Assembly (NCBI GenBank): GCA_023129165.1 | Contig: JAGMCL010000111.1 | Span: forward strand, 201-64,200 | From: a candidate division WOR-3 bacterium | GTDB lineage: Bacteria > Hydrothermota > UBA3073 | Reading direction: 5' to 3' | Length of the DNA stretch: 64,000 bases | Shown here: positions 19,065-31,439 of the stretch, piece after piece | How positions within the stretch are numbered: the stretch's first letter is position 1 | Layout: every line of letters begins with the position of its first letter | Position numbers and translations under genes: made by a program | Notes under the pieces: generated by a model | Told to the model about the DNA's origin: nothing | The model's database searches: none | The model's input: the letters and a program-made list of their open reading frames with translations, nothing else

Positions 19065-20150
19065 ATGAAAATATTAATGGTATCTGATTTATATTACCCC
19101 CATACGGGTGGTGTTTCTGAACATATATACCATTTGTCATGTGAGTTAATTAAAAAGGGGCACTGTGTTACTGTAATGGCACCACATATGACCGGGGAGG
19201 AGGATACTGTTGAAATACCACCAGTTGCAAGGGTAGGGAAGGCTATACCAATTTTGGCAAATCGTTCACATTCTCAGGTTGCAGTTGCATGGGATATACA
19301 AAAACAGGTGAATGATGTGCTTGAAAGTGGATTTGATATTATTCACATACACAGTTTTGTTCCAGTGCTTCCTATTCTTGCCTTGAAACATTCAAATACC
19401 AGGAATGTTATAACTGTTCATGCAGCCTACGAAAAGAGTCTTCCTTATACAGCATCTAAGAGATATTTATTGAGGTATTTTAATAAGTTACATGCAAGGA
19501 TAGCCGTTTCAAAGGTTGCGGAAAATTCGCTGTCGATGTTTTTCCCGGGAAGGTATAAAATAATACCAAATGGGGTGGATATTAATAGATTTAATCCAGA
19601 TGTTAAACCACTGCCGGAATTTGAGGGAAGATTTAATATACTCTTCGTTGGAAGGTTTGAACCCAGAAAGGGTTTGAGATATTTACTTTCTGCATTTCAT
19701 ATTATAAAAAGACAGGTTCCATGGGCAAGGCTAATCGTGGTAGGAAGTGGTAGATTTGAGGTTCCCAAGAGATATACAGATGATATAATTTTGCGTAGAT
19801 GTGTCCATTCTTCACTGATTCCAAGTTACTATACATCTGCAGATGTCTTTTGCAGTCCTGCGACAGGGAATGAGAGTTTTGGAATTGTATTAATTGAGGC
19901 TATGGCTTGTGGAATACCTGTTGTGGCATCATCTATTGCGGGTTACAGGTGTGTTATTAAGAATGGAGAAAATGGAATATTAGCAGAAAACAGGAATCCT
20001 CAGGCCATAGCATCTGCTATTATAGGACTTGCAAGAGATAGGATTACACGAGAGGAACTGGGTAAAAGGGGAAGGCAATTTGCCACCTCGTTCTCCTGGG
20101 ATAAAATAACAAATAAGGTTGAGGAAGTTTATAATTCATTATATGATTAA
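19065..20150 (+). CDS. glycosyltransferase family 4
   Basis: GT-B EX7E region ESFGIVLIEAMACGIPVV. Confidence 0.8.
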   Translation: MKILMVSDLYYPHTGGVSEHIYHLSCELIKKGHCVTVMAPHMTGEEDTVEIPPVARVGKAIPILANRSHSQVAVAWDIQKQVNDVLESGFDIIHIHSFVPVLPILALKHSNTRNVITVHAAYEKSLPYTASKRYLLRYFNKLHARIAVSKVAENSLSMFFPGRYKIIPNGVDINRFNPDVKPLPEFEGRFNILFVGRFEPRKGLRYLLSAFHIIKRQVPWARLIVVGSGRFEVPKRYTDDIILRRCVHSSLIPSYYTSADVFCSPATGNESFGIVLIEAMACGIPVVASSIAGYRCVIKNGENGILAENRNPQAIASAIIGLARDRITREELGKRGRQFATSFSWDKITNKVEEVYNSLYD

Positions 20151-20615
20151 TTAAAGGGGAAAGAATATTTCAAACTACAGAGGACACAGAGGAAAATAAA
20201 CAATGTAAAATGTTGAATGTTAAATGTTTAATGTAGGAGCGACTTCCTAGTCGCGATAAATTCCCATAAGGGTTAATCGGGGTTAGGAAACCCCTCCTAC
20301 AAAAAGGGAGGGTAGGAGCCCCGCCTTTGGCGGGGGAATAAGAGAAGAGAGATGAGGAATTAAAGCAAACTGACATCTGTGGTTTATACTTGCATAGCAA
20401 TATTAAAAGATGGGATAAAGAGATTATTTTATAGAGGTCACAGAGGGGAGGAATAAAAATCTTTTATAATCTCTTGATACTAAAGATTCTCTGTGGTTCC
20501 CCTATTAAATAAAGTACCAGAAGCGATGACTTGTACTTAATTTTGTAACTATTTAACAGGGTGAATCTGTGGTTAGATTTTTGACAATAGTCTACAAAAT
20601 TAAAGGGGTAAGAAT

Positions 20616-21677
20616 ATGATATCACTACAGCAGGAGATGAGCCAATTGAAACAGAGGATAGATGAAAGGCTTCTTAAACTACTCGAGGATAAGAAGAAAA
20701 TAGCAGGCGACTCTTATAACAAAGCACTCTACAACCTTCTTATTGATTTTGCAATGCGTGGAGGAAAAAGACTTCGTCCAATTCTTATGATAGAGTCTTA
20801 CAAGGCATGTGGTGGCAAAGACATAGATGCAATAATAGATGCATCGTTGTCTATGGAACTTATTGAAAACTATCTGTTGATACACGATGATATAATTGAC
20901 AGGGATTATATACGACGTGGAGGTCCAAGTTTTCATAAGATGGTTGAAAGGCTTTTAGAAAAAGAAAATGAGGAATTAAAAATTGCTCCTAATCTCTCAC
21001 ACTTTGGTATATCAGGTGCATTGATAGGTGGGGATGTTTTTTCTACCCTTTCCATGATTCCAATTCTCAAATCACCTTTCCCAGCTCATTTGAAGATAGA
21101 AGCTCTGAAGGAGTGTGCATCTGCGTGTGAACAGTGTTTCAAGGGAGAGCTAATTGATGTAATAATGGAGAAAATTGAGGACGTAGACGAAGAGGAGTTA
21201 CTTCGTATGATTGATCTTAAGACTGGCAGTTATACCACCTATCTACCGCTTGTTGTTGGTGGAATATTTGGGGGGTTTAAGAATCTTGCAGTGTTAAGGG
21301 GTTATGGAATGCTTATAGGTCGTGCCTTTCAGATAAGGGACGATATACTGGGTACGTTTGGTGAAAATAAGAAAACTGGTAAGCCAACATCGTCTGATAT
21401 TAGACAGGGTAAAAAAACATTGCTGGTAATTTATGTATTAAAAAAAGCAAATTCACCGGATAGGAAGTTCTTGAGTAGTAAACTTGGCAAAGATGTAAGT
21501 GTAAAAGATATGAGCAGGATAAAACAAATTATTAGTGATTGTGGAGCACTTGAATATTCATTGGATAAAATTGAAGATTATTCTACACAGGCAAAAGAAA
21601 AACTCCTTTCCTCCTCTCTAAAATCTAAGGACTTTTTCATCCAATTCGCAGACTATCTGACAACTCGAGAATTTTGA
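20616..21677 (+). CDS. polyprenyl diphosphate synthase (GGPP/FPP synthase family)
   Basis: First DDxxD motif LIHDDIID and second motif FQIRDDILG. Confidence 0.85.
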   Translation: MISLQQEMSQLKQRIDERLLKLLEDKKKIAGDSYNKALYNLLIDFAMRGGKRLRPILMIESYKACGGKDIDAIIDASLSMELIENYLLIHDDIIDRDYIRRGGPSFHKMVERLLEKENEELKIAPNLSHFGISGALIGGDVFSTLSMIPILKSPFPAHLKIEALKECASACEQCFKGELIDVIMEKIEDVDEEELLRMIDLKTGSYTTYLPLVVGGIFGGFKNLAVLRGYGMLIGRAFQIRDDILGTFGENKKTGKPTSSDIRQGKKTLLVIYVLKKANSPDRKFLSSKLGKDVSVKDMSRIKQIISDCGALEYSLDKIEDYSTQAKEKLLSSSLKSKDFFIQFADYLTTREF

Positions 21678-21870
21678 ATATCCTTCCCAATTTACTTTCC
21701 TTTACAAAAGATAGAGCTATGATATCCTAAGAATTTATATCTATGTGCATAGAAGTCATATGTTTTCAAAAGATATCTTTTGATAAATAAAATTAAGATT
21801 TTTATTAATATGATTCTAAGATTGTACAATTTATTTTTAAGCACCAAGGGAACATTTTTTAATTTTTTAC

Positions 21871-21899
21871 TTGACAAAAAGTAATTTTTTTATTATAAT
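21871..21899 (+). promoter_or_regulatory. sigma70-like promoter, TTGACA-17-TATAAT
   Basis: Would give an ORF-free leader of about 350 nt before the 22256 gene. Confidence 0.4.
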
Positions 21900-22255
21900 A
21901 TATGTAGATATCCTACTTTTATTGTAAGTGAATGTTAAAGCTAATATAATCCACATTCCTATTGAACTCCTCGTATACTTAACGAGATCTAACGAACTGC
22001 AATTAGAAATACACCTTAAAGAAACACGCAGTAATTATTCCTACTTGATAGAACAAGATTTAGAATTGTAGTAGCCTCTTAAAATTAATCATCTCCTGTT
22101 CATATAGATACCCATCATTATAAGAGATCAACTCAGTTTCAAACGAAAAAACTAAATATCACGCTCTTCTTATCAGTCTCTTAATTTTATATGTTTTTAG
22201 AGTCAATTTTAGATAGCGTCAGTTCTTGGTGGATAATTAACCCAAGGAATTAGAG

Positions 22256-23674
22256 ATGAGAAACTTCCGTAACATGATATTTTTTTACGTAGTAATATTT
22301 AGTTCTATGACTGTCTTTTCCTGGACTACTCCGACTAATATATCAAATAGTGAGATGGTGTCGGCAGATCCTTCAATTGCAATTGGCAAAGACAATCTCG
22401 TACATGTAGTGTGGGATGAAAGAGATGATCACACTGAAGCTGAAATTTTCTATTCTTATTGCATGGAAAACTCCTGGATTCAACCAATTAATGTCTCACA
22501 TAATTCATACTTTTCATGGTTACCTACTATAGCGACTGATACAACTGGATATCCACATGTCGTTTGGACCGACTCTGGAGACGATTGGTTGTATTGGTCC
22601 TTTTTTAATGGTGAGAACTGGGTTACCCCAGAAGATATCTTCAATCAGCAGGGGTTGGACTATATGCCCAGGATGGTTTCAGATGAGTTGAATCAGTTAC
22701 ACTTAGTTTGGTATAACTGGGGTACAAATAATGAAATTTGGTACGCTAACTATAATGGAAGTTCTTGGTCCTCACCTATTAATGTAACAAACGATGAAGA
22801 TGACTCAGCATTCCCTGATATAGCAATTGATTCAGAAGGAAACATTCATGTCGTATGGATCAACTATGGTGCGGCAGGACATCCAGACAGCATTGATATA
22901 TACTATTCAAAATACGATGGTTTATCGTGGTCGATCCCAGTTAATATTTCAAATTTAGTCGGTTCGTCTTGTTACCCTCTTATTTCGATTGATTCTCGAA
23001 ACAGTCCTCATGTGGTTTGGGAGGAAAGATGGACTGATACAATAGGACATTACAGTCCCTACTATACATTCTTTGATAGTACCTACTGGTCTGAACCATA
23101 TATGCTTACAGATTCTTGCGAAAATGGTATTGAGCCGATTATTGGGGTTGATTCGAAAGACAGGGTACACATATTATGGACTAAAGGAGAATTCGGAGGT
23201 GGAATTTTTTATAGATACCTTGAAGGTGATACTTTTTCAAACTCTTATGAACTATCTGATACTGGTTGGGTACCATCTATAGCCATTGACTATGATGATA
23301 ACCTTCATGTGGTATTTGGAGTGTTTGGCGAAATCTATTATTGCAAGCATGTACAAACAGGCATAAATTTTTTTGAAGATAACCAGTCCTTTCTTAAACA
23401 ATTCAGATTGAATCAGAATTTTCCAAATCCTTTTATCGAGAAAACCATAATTTCCTACTATGTACCCTATGAGTGTTACGTGGGTATTACTATTTATGAT
23501 ATAGCTGGCCGTATGATTGAGAGTATAGACCTAGGTTGCAGTGCAGAGGGATTTAACACTTACACTATAACGAAAAATAGGTTAATCAATAGAGGTAGCG
23601 GTATCTATTACTATCAATTAGATGCGAGTAATCATACCCTAACAAGAAAGATGGTATTTTGTAGAACTATGTGA
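22256..23674 (+). CDS. secreted T9SS cargo with about 50-aa HVVW-type repeats
   Basis: Signal peptide and repeats (PHVVWTD, LHLVWYNWG, IHVVWINYG, PHVVWEERW, VHILWTKGE). CTD is FPNPF ... ITIYDIAGRMI ... GIYYYQL. Confidence 0.6.
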   Translation: MRNFRNMIFFYVVIFSSMTVFSWTTPTNISNSEMVSADPSIAIGKDNLVHVVWDERDDHTEAEIFYSYCMENSWIQPINVSHNSYFSWLPTIATDTTGYPHVVWTDSGDDWLYWSFFNGENWVTPEDIFNQQGLDYMPRMVSDELNQLHLVWYNWGTNNEIWYANYNGSSWSSPINVTNDEDDSAFPDIAIDSEGNIHVVWINYGAAGHPDSIDIYYSKYDGLSWSIPVNISNLVGSSCYPLISIDSRNSPHVVWEERWTDTIGHYSPYYTFFDSTYWSEPYMLTDSCENGIEPIIGVDSKDRVHILWTKGEFGGGIFYRYLEGDTFSNSYELSDTGWVPSIAIDYDDNLHVVFGVFGEIYYCKHVQTGINFFEDNQSFLKQFRLNQNFPNPFIEKTIISYYVPYECYVGITIYDIAGRMIESIDLGCSAEGFNTYTITKNRLINRGSGIYYYQLDASNHTLTRKMVFCRTM

Positions 23675-23715
23675 AAAAGACCCAAAGGGGGTCAGGTCTT
23701 TAGTTTTAAATTTAC

Positions 23716-23744
23716 TTGACTTTTTCTAAAAGATATATTATATT
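23716..23744 (+). promoter_or_regulatory. sigma70-like promoter, TTGACT-17-TATATT
   Basis: Lies between a 16-nt inverted repeat pair with no ORF downstream. See the sRNA finding. Confidence 0.3.
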
Positions 23745-23994
23745 GATACTCAAATGTTTCAATTATTGTTAAATATTTTGAAATTCAGATAGTAAAAAAC
23801 CCACACCCTGGAGAAAAGTTTATAAGGTTACATAAAAAACTTAAAACTAAAGACCTGACCCCATGATTCCACCTTTTTTCCCCAAAAATTGTCTAAATTA
23901 TCAAAAAAGGTTATTTAATACCGTTTTGAATTTATATGATTTTATAAAGCCCTTCTGAATAAGGTTTTGTGAAATATTTTTTGCTAAATTTTTC

Positions 23995-24023
23995 TTGACA
24001 ATCGTCGAAAAATGTGGTATAAT
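23995..24023 (+). promoter_or_regulatory. sigma70-like promoter, TTGACA-17-TATAAT, for gyrB
   Basis: Exact consensus hexamers. Confidence 0.5.
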
Positions 24024-24060
24024 AATGCATGTAAGATATATACAAATTTTATATTAAAAA

Positions 24061-24240
24061 GATTCTGTGAAAAATGATATGAATGAATATATCCGAAGGG
24101 TTCGCATGGAAAAGAACAAGTATCGAAGTTCGTGATGTATTTTTCCAGTCTCGAGCTTCCAGTTTCGAGTTTCGTTACGAGTTTCCATACCGATAAACTA
24201 GTTTCGATAATATTGGTTTTGTGAAGCACTATAATAAGTA
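24061..24240 (+). repeat. degenerate copy F of the leader-associated repeat family
   Basis: CTGTGAAAAATGATATGAATGAATATA ... AGGGTTCG matches the left end of copies A-E. Lies between the gyrB promoter and its start codon. Confidence 0.35.
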
Positions 24241-24290
24241 GTAGTTCAGTATCAGCTAATTTTTTATCATCAAATATTATATTAAAATAG

Positions 24291-26195
<1,905 letters not shown>

Positions 26196-26747
26196 TTATA
26201 TTGATCTTGCGAGTCTTATTCTTAATAGGGCTTTTGCCCTGGATACTCTGACCTTTGCATTACTCTGTGTAATGCCGAGCTCCCTTGCTATCTTTCCGTA
26301 AGGATATCCTTTTACTTCCCTCATAATAAAGGCTTCCCTGTATTTATGAGGTAATCTTTCTATCTCTTTTTTTAATATTCTCCTCAACTCCACCTTTGTA
26401 ATATCTTCATTGAATGGTACAGAAAGGGTTTTAACTACTGCCGGGTCTTCAATTGAGATTTCTGTAACCTTGCTTCTCAACCTCATAAGTGAAAGATTTC
26501 GGGCAATACCTATTAACCAGGAGCCAAATTTTGTTGCATTCTTCAGGGTAGTTAAACGGGTATATGCAATAAAAAATGTCTCCATAGTTATATCCATTGC
26601 ATCATCTCTATTGTGCAGTATTTTATATGCTGTATTGTATATCTTCCTCTTATGCTTTTTTAGAAGAATTTCAAATGAATTCTCATCACCTGCTTTTGCT
26701 CGCTTTACAAGCTCTCTTTCTTCCATAATTATTATAGTATATCGCAA
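26196..26747 (-). CDS. ECF-subfamily RNA polymerase sigma factor
   Basis: Sigma70 region 2 and region 4 helix-turn-helix (GKIARELGITQSNAKVRVSRAK). Confidence 0.8.
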   Translation of the reverse strand: MRYTIIIMEERELVKRAKAGDENSFEILLKKHKRKIYNTAYKILHNRDDAMDITMETFFIAYTRLTTLKNATKFGSWLIGIARNLSLMRLRSKVTEISIEDPAVVKTLSVPFNEDITKVELRRILKKEIERLPHKYREAFIMREVKGYPYGKIARELGITQSNAKVRVSRAKALLRIRLARSI

Positions 26748-26799
26748 AGAACTAAAATTCTTGATTTAATACAAAAGAATTGAATTGATTGGTTTGAGC

Positions 26800-27447
26800 T
26801 TAATCAATGAGGTTAAGGATATCTTTATAACATTTTACTCTTTCCTCAATGTTATCTCTATCAAGAATGTCTCTCGAAACACAGATTCCATCGATATGTA
26901 GTTTGGATATTTGCTCAATCTTTTCAAGGGTTATACCTCCTATAGCAAAGAGAGGTATCTTGACAGACTTTTTAATATCCCTGAGAATGGATAATGAACG
27001 GATCTGAGATTTTTTTGTTTTTGAGGGGAATATTGAACCAAATGAAAGATAGTTTGCCCCTTCATTCTCTGCGCGAATAGCTTCTTCTACAGAATGAACT
27101 GAGACTCCTACTAATTTCTGCGGACCAAGTATCTTTCTTGCAGTATAAATAGAGACATCATCTTGCCCGATATGTACTCCATCAGCGTTTACTTCAAAGG
27201 TAATATCTGGGCGATTATTGATTATAAAGGTGGTGTTATAGTGACATAAAGCAGTATTTATCTTTCTCGCGTCCTTGATAATTTTTCTTGCCTCCTTGCT
27301 CTCCCTGAGCTGTATCATTGAGACACCCAATGAAGCAACTCTAACTGCTATTTGCTCTATTTTTCTGCCTTTAAGCCATTCCTCTCCAAGGATGATATAA
27401 AGAAGCATAAGATTATCTGGTTTGTATAGAAGAAATAATCTAATCAA
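26800..27447 (-). CDS. thiE: thiamine-phosphate synthase
   Basis: Motifs GVHIGQDD and IPLFAIGGI in a TIM-barrel fold. Confidence 0.75.
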   Translation of the reverse strand: MIRLFLLYKPDNLMLLYIILGEEWLKGRKIEQIAVRVASLGVSMIQLRESKEARKIIKDARKINTALCHYNTTFIINNRPDITFEVNADGVHIGQDDVSIYTARKILGPQKLVGVSVHSVEEAIRAENEGANYLSFGSIFPSKTKKSQIRSLSILRDIKKSVKIPLFAIGGITLEKIEQISKLHIDGICVSRDILDRDNIEERVKCYKDILNLID

Positions 27448-27493
27448 ACATTAGTTTGTTATACACTTATGTGTGTTCTTGAAATATAAACTC

Positions 27494-28135
27494 TCATTCT
27501 ATAAAGTTTATTTTCCTATATATCTTTCTTACGAGTTCCGTATCTCGCATACAGTACTCACATATTTCATCAATTCTTCCCTCTTTATAGTATTCATAGA
27601 CCTGAGAGCCATCCATATCGGTTTTTGAGGTTGGCAGGGAGAGAATATAGGCGAGCTTATCGAGTGATATTCTTGCGCTCCAATTTTCCCACTCCCACAT
27701 AGTATCGAAAACCATATCACGCCTATATCTTGCAAAATTTATTCGTACAGTGGGCTTTATCCCATATATTATACATTTCTTAGAAATAAATTTTAAATCG
27801 AAATCAAGTATATTATGTCCTACGAAGAGATTGACATCCCTGCAAAACTCCCAGAATTCTTGTATTAAATTTTTTTCATCTCCCCTGAATATCATTTTCT
27901 CCAGATGGTTGTCTCTTTCCTTAATACAGGCAATGCATACTATCTGACCGAAGTCACCTGAAAGGGAAGTCTTCTCAAGGGTTTCTCTGATTTTTTTAGG
28001 CTTTTCTTTCACCTCCCATTTTTTCAGTTCTGTGAATGTTGTGACTTCCTTTGGTTGCTTTATATGTGTCTCAAAATACCTTTTGGCGTTTTTTCCACCG
28101 GGAATAGTTTCGATATCTAAAAATAGAATATTCAT
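27494..28135 (-). CDS. RNase H-like 3'-5' exonuclease (YprB/PolB-exo-like)
   Basis: Exo I motif LFLDIET and Exo II motif GHNILDFD. Confidence 0.5.
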   Translation of the reverse strand: MNILFLDIETIPGGKNAKRYFETHIKQPKEVTTFTELKKWEVKEKPKKIRETLEKTSLSGDFGQIVCIACIKERDNHLEKMIFRGDEKNLIQEFWEFCRDVNLFVGHNILDFDLKFISKKCIIYGIKPTVRINFARYRRDMVFDTMWEWENWSARISLDKLAYILSLPTSKTDMDGSQVYEYYKEGRIDEICEYCMRDTELVRKIYRKINFIE

Positions 28136-28137
28136 AA

Positions 28138-28581
28138 TTAATCCCCAAAGTTTCTATTACCCTCCTCTGTCTGCAGCCACCATTCAAAAAATATGATTAT
28201 TTCTTTTGTAATATCTCCAGTTCTTTGTACCTTTGCATAATGTGGGGCGTCATCGGTCTTAAGAAAATAATAGTAAGGATAGCTCTCTTCATCTGTCCAT
28301 TCAAATACTTCACAGGTTAAGTATCCCTGTGCGGGAGCAGTATCACTATCTCCTACAACCCTGACAACTCCATTGGCGTGTATATAGACATATCCACTGT
28401 TATGCTCCAGTTGGAACTCTCCGTAATCTCCCCCTGGAAATGTGAATGTATAAAATCCATTTTCTGTTAAATCACAACTACCAGTTCCATGTCTTATGCT
28501 CGATGGGGGTTGTAGTGGATTCTCATTACAGGCAATAATAATTAATAGGACCAAAGGAAAGAGAAAAGTGAGCTTTTTCAT
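28138..28581 (-). CDS. lipoprotein, function unknown
   Basis: Signal peptide with IIACN lipobox. Confidence 0.45.
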   Translation of the reverse strand: MKKLTFLFPLVLLIIIACNENPLQPPSSIRHGTGSCDLTENGFYTFTFPGGDYGEFQLEHNSGYVYIHANGVVRVVGDSDTAPAQGYLTCEVFEWTDEESYPYYYFLKTDDAPHYAKVQRTGDITKEIIIFFEWWLQTEEGNRNFGD

Positions 28582-28630
28582 ACGCTATTATAAAATTAGA
28601 TTTTCGTTTATCGTTAAGGTAATTTTAACG

Positions 28631-29245
28631 CTATGTTTTTGTTATATTTCTTATTGAAGATAGTTTTATTGCTCTTGAAGATATCAATTGTGTTAGCAAC
28701 TTTTTCAGCTTTTTAACAGGAAGACCAACTACATTGTGATAGTCACCTATGATATATTCTATAAATTTATCACCATTTTCCTGGATTGCGTAAGCACCCG
28801 CCTTATCCTCCCAATTACTTGATGAAAGATATGAAATTATCTCTTCTTCCTTCAGCTCCTTCATCTTTACAATTGTTTCTTCATAATCAGATATCTTTTT
28901 AATACCCTTATTATTTTTTACAATAATACATAGACTAGTAATTACCACGTGTTCACTACCTGATAGGCGAGATAAGATATCATATGCATCCCTCTCATTC
29001 TGTGGTTTGCCGATTATAGAACCATTTAGTGATACTACAGTATCAGCAGATATTATTACTCCATTCTTTATGTTCAGGGCAACAGATTCCGCCTTTGCTT
29101 CTGATGCCTTAAGTGCAAATTCTACAGCATTTGTATCATCAATAAGACTCTCATCTATACCACTCTTTATTACATCAAAAGAGGGTATGAGTGTTCGAAG
29201 AAGTTCCTCTCTTCTCGGTGATGCTGAAGCTAATATAAATCTCAT
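28631..29245 (-). CDS. maf: Maf-family nucleoside triphosphate pyrophosphatase
   Basis: N-terminal ILASASPRR and C-terminal GAYAIQ. Confidence 0.8.
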   Translation of the reverse strand: MRFILASASPRREELLRTLIPSFDVIKSGIDESLIDDTNAVEFALKASEAKAESVALNIKNGVIISADTVVSLNGSIIGKPQNERDAYDILSRLSGSEHVVITSLCIIVKNNKGIKKISDYEETIVKMKELKEEEIISYLSSSNWEDKAGAYAIQENGDKFIEYIIGDYHNVVGLPVKKLKKLLTQLISSRAIKLSSIRNITKT

Positions 29246-30489
29246 GTTTTTAACCTCTTTGTTTTGGCTGCTGGGAAAAGAATATTATTGAGTATAAGTC
29301 TGTAACCAGGGGAATTTGGAAAATTTTCTAACGCTGTTGGAGGGTCACCAACAAGATGTGCAAAATCTTCAGGGTCATGACCACCAAGAAATGTAAAGAA
29401 CCCTTTTCCTCTATCCCCATAAATATACTTTACCTCTTCAGTATCCTTGATATCTGCCATGACAACTACGTCATCCTTTATCAAATTTCTTTTGAATCCA
29501 GTGTTCTGTCCAAGATATTCCCTAATATGTTTTGTATGGTTCTGAGTGAGCATAGAAGGGATAGGGTCGTATTTTGCATCGAAATTTTTTAATGTAAAAT
29601 ATACATTTTCACCTCTTCTGTGTGCCTCTCTGGTTACATCAATATCAGAATGATTATAAATTAACGGGTTTACATCAGGTGTGAAATCTGTAAAGGAAAA
29701 TGTACTATTATAATCAAGTTTATCCATAAAGTTAGATTCCTCTGGCGTGCCATCAAATGGTTGACCTACTATGTCTACTTCAAGTGCTGCAAGTGCTATA
29801 TCAATCGTTTCAGTTGCTGAACACATGGCAAAAAGGAATCCCCCATCCTCAACATACTCTCTTATATTTAAGGCAACTGCATGTTTCAATCTCCATACTG
29901 ATGAAAAGCCAAGTCTTTTAGCCATGTTCTCATTTATCGCAACTTCTTTCTTATACCAGTCTGCATTGTGGTAGGACCTGTAAAATTTACCATATTGACC
30001 AGTGAAATCTTCATGATGGAGATGTACCCAGTCATATGAAGATAAGGCTCCTGAAAGGACCTCTTCATCCCATAGGTTGTCGTATGGAATATCGGCATAC
30101 TCCAGCGCAAGTCTGACAGCATCATCCCAGGGAGAAGAATGTGGCGGTACATAAACAGCTACCTTTGCAGCCTCTTCAAGAATGATCTTCTCCATATTAT
30201 TGGATTCTATTAAATCATAGATCTGTTTCACTTCTGCTTCACTTACAATAGAGTAACTAACATGTTTCTGAATACAGAGGTTTTCGAGTTGCCTGTTATA
30301 GTCGATTAGAAAAGAGCCACTTCTGTAATTAAGAAGCCATTCAACCCTTTTCTCTAAAAGTAATGCATGATAGGCAATACCATAGGCACGTAGATGGTCA
30401 CTCTGCATTGTATCCATAAAAATAAGAAGCCTTGCAGATGAGAGTGGGAGTGCAATGATTATTGCTATAAAAATGAATAATTTACGCAT
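29242..30489 (-). CDS. secreted protein, function unknown
   Basis: Signal peptide only. No confident family assignment. Confidence 0.45.
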   Translation of the reverse strand: MRKLFIFIAIIIALPLSSARLLIFMDTMQSDHLRAYGIAYHALLLEKRVEWLLNYRSGSFLIDYNRQLENLCIQKHVSYSIVSEAEVKQIYDLIESNNMEKIILEEAAKVAVYVPPHSSPWDDAVRLALEYADIPYDNLWDEEVLSGALSSYDWVHLHHEDFTGQYGKFYRSYHNADWYKKEVAINENMAKRLGFSSVWRLKHAVALNIREYVEDGGFLFAMCSATETIDIALAALEVDIVGQPFDGTPEESNFMDKLDYNSTFSFTDFTPDVNPLIYNHSDIDVTREAHRRGENVYFTLKNFDAKYDPIPSMLTQNHTKHIREYLGQNTGFKRNLIKDDVVVMADIKDTEEVKYIYGDRGKGFFTFLGGHDPEDFAHLVGDPPTALENFPNSPGYRLILNNILFPAAKTKRLKT

Positions 30490-30534
30490 ATGATAGATAA
30501 TTGTCTATTCGTTTTCTTGATATTCAATGTTTTT

Positions 30535-31092
30535 TTATTCATAGTGTAGATAAATAGAAAACTTCTCAATACCCTTTCGAACGCCATCTGTAACTGCTCT
30601 TGATGATATAGTTGCTGCAGTAATGGCATCTATTGTGCCGCCATATGATTTCAATCGAATTTCCTCTAATTTTTTACACCTAAACTGGTCTAGAAAAAAT
30701 GCCTCAGTAATCTTCACACCAAGTCCAGGTGTCTCCTTCAGTCCTTCAGAAGGAGTTGCAGGTCTTATCGTTACTATAGTTGTATCAGTGGCTAAACCCA
30801 CGAGTGTCTCGATTGGTCCACCATATCCCTTTGGAAAGACCTTGAACAATATCCCAATTCGGTTCCCTGTAGAATCCAGAGCTGCCCAGAGTGTATCTTT
30901 AAGCAATGTATCTCCTTCAACTATATAATACGAGAAAGAGTGGGCTATAGGAAAAACTTCACGAAGTTGTTCGTCTAATTTTTCCTCGATACCTTCTTCA
31001 ATTATTGGTGTCGTGACAGTATATACATATGATAGAAGCGCTGCTGATGCCAGACATACAATTAGTAGTGATAAAATCATTTTAAGCTTCAT
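30535..31092 (-). CDS. FMN-binding domain protein (RnfG/NqrC-like)
   Basis: N-terminal TM helix and the covalent-FMN motif GGTIDAITAATISSRAV. Confidence 0.65.
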   Translation of the reverse strand: MKLKMILSLLIVCLASAALLSYVYTVTTPIIEEGIEEKLDEQLREVFPIAHSFSYYIVEGDTLLKDTLWAALDSTGNRIGILFKVFPKGYGGPIETLVGLATDTTIVTIRPATPSEGLKETPGLGVKITEAFFLDQFRCKKLEEIRLKSYGGTIDAITAATISSRAVTDGVRKGIEKFSIYLHYE

Positions 31093-31113
31093 AATTCCTT
31101 CTTATCAAATTTT

Positions 31114-31439
31114 CGGTATTGTGCAAAATATTTTAACTAATTTCTCATAACCTATGGTTTTTAAAGCTGTTAACAATTTTTTGCTTGCCTCCCCCTAATT
31201 CTTGTAGGGGTCGGATTCCCGTCTACCCTGCCTACCGGCAGGCAGGCGTCGGGCGGGTATCCGACCCGTTTCTTTTACGGGTTCGATAAATCGAACCCGT
31301 ACATTTTTGCTTTCTTATTCTTTCTACTAACGGATTGTCCTCTATATACTTATGAATATATGGAGCTTATTTACGGGTTCGATAAATCGAACCCCTACAT
31401 TTTTGCTTTCTTATTCTTTCATATTCTATTTCACACTAC
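31114..31439 (-). repeat. copy D of the leader-associated TIR/hairpin repeat family, carrying the extra module and REP
   Basis: TIRs CGGTATTGTGCAAAATATT and GGTAGTGTGAAATAG. GGGTTCGATTTATCGAACCC occurs twice. CCTGCCTACCGGCAGGCAGG and CCCCTACAAGAATTAGGGG are present. Ends 21 nt upstream of the FMN-binding gene start. Confidence 0.8.

Noticed and set aside
23984-24229. 81-aa minus-strand ORF in the gyrB upstream region
   Set aside because: It overlaps the gyrB promoter and leader repeats, is AT-rich, and has no RBS or motifs.
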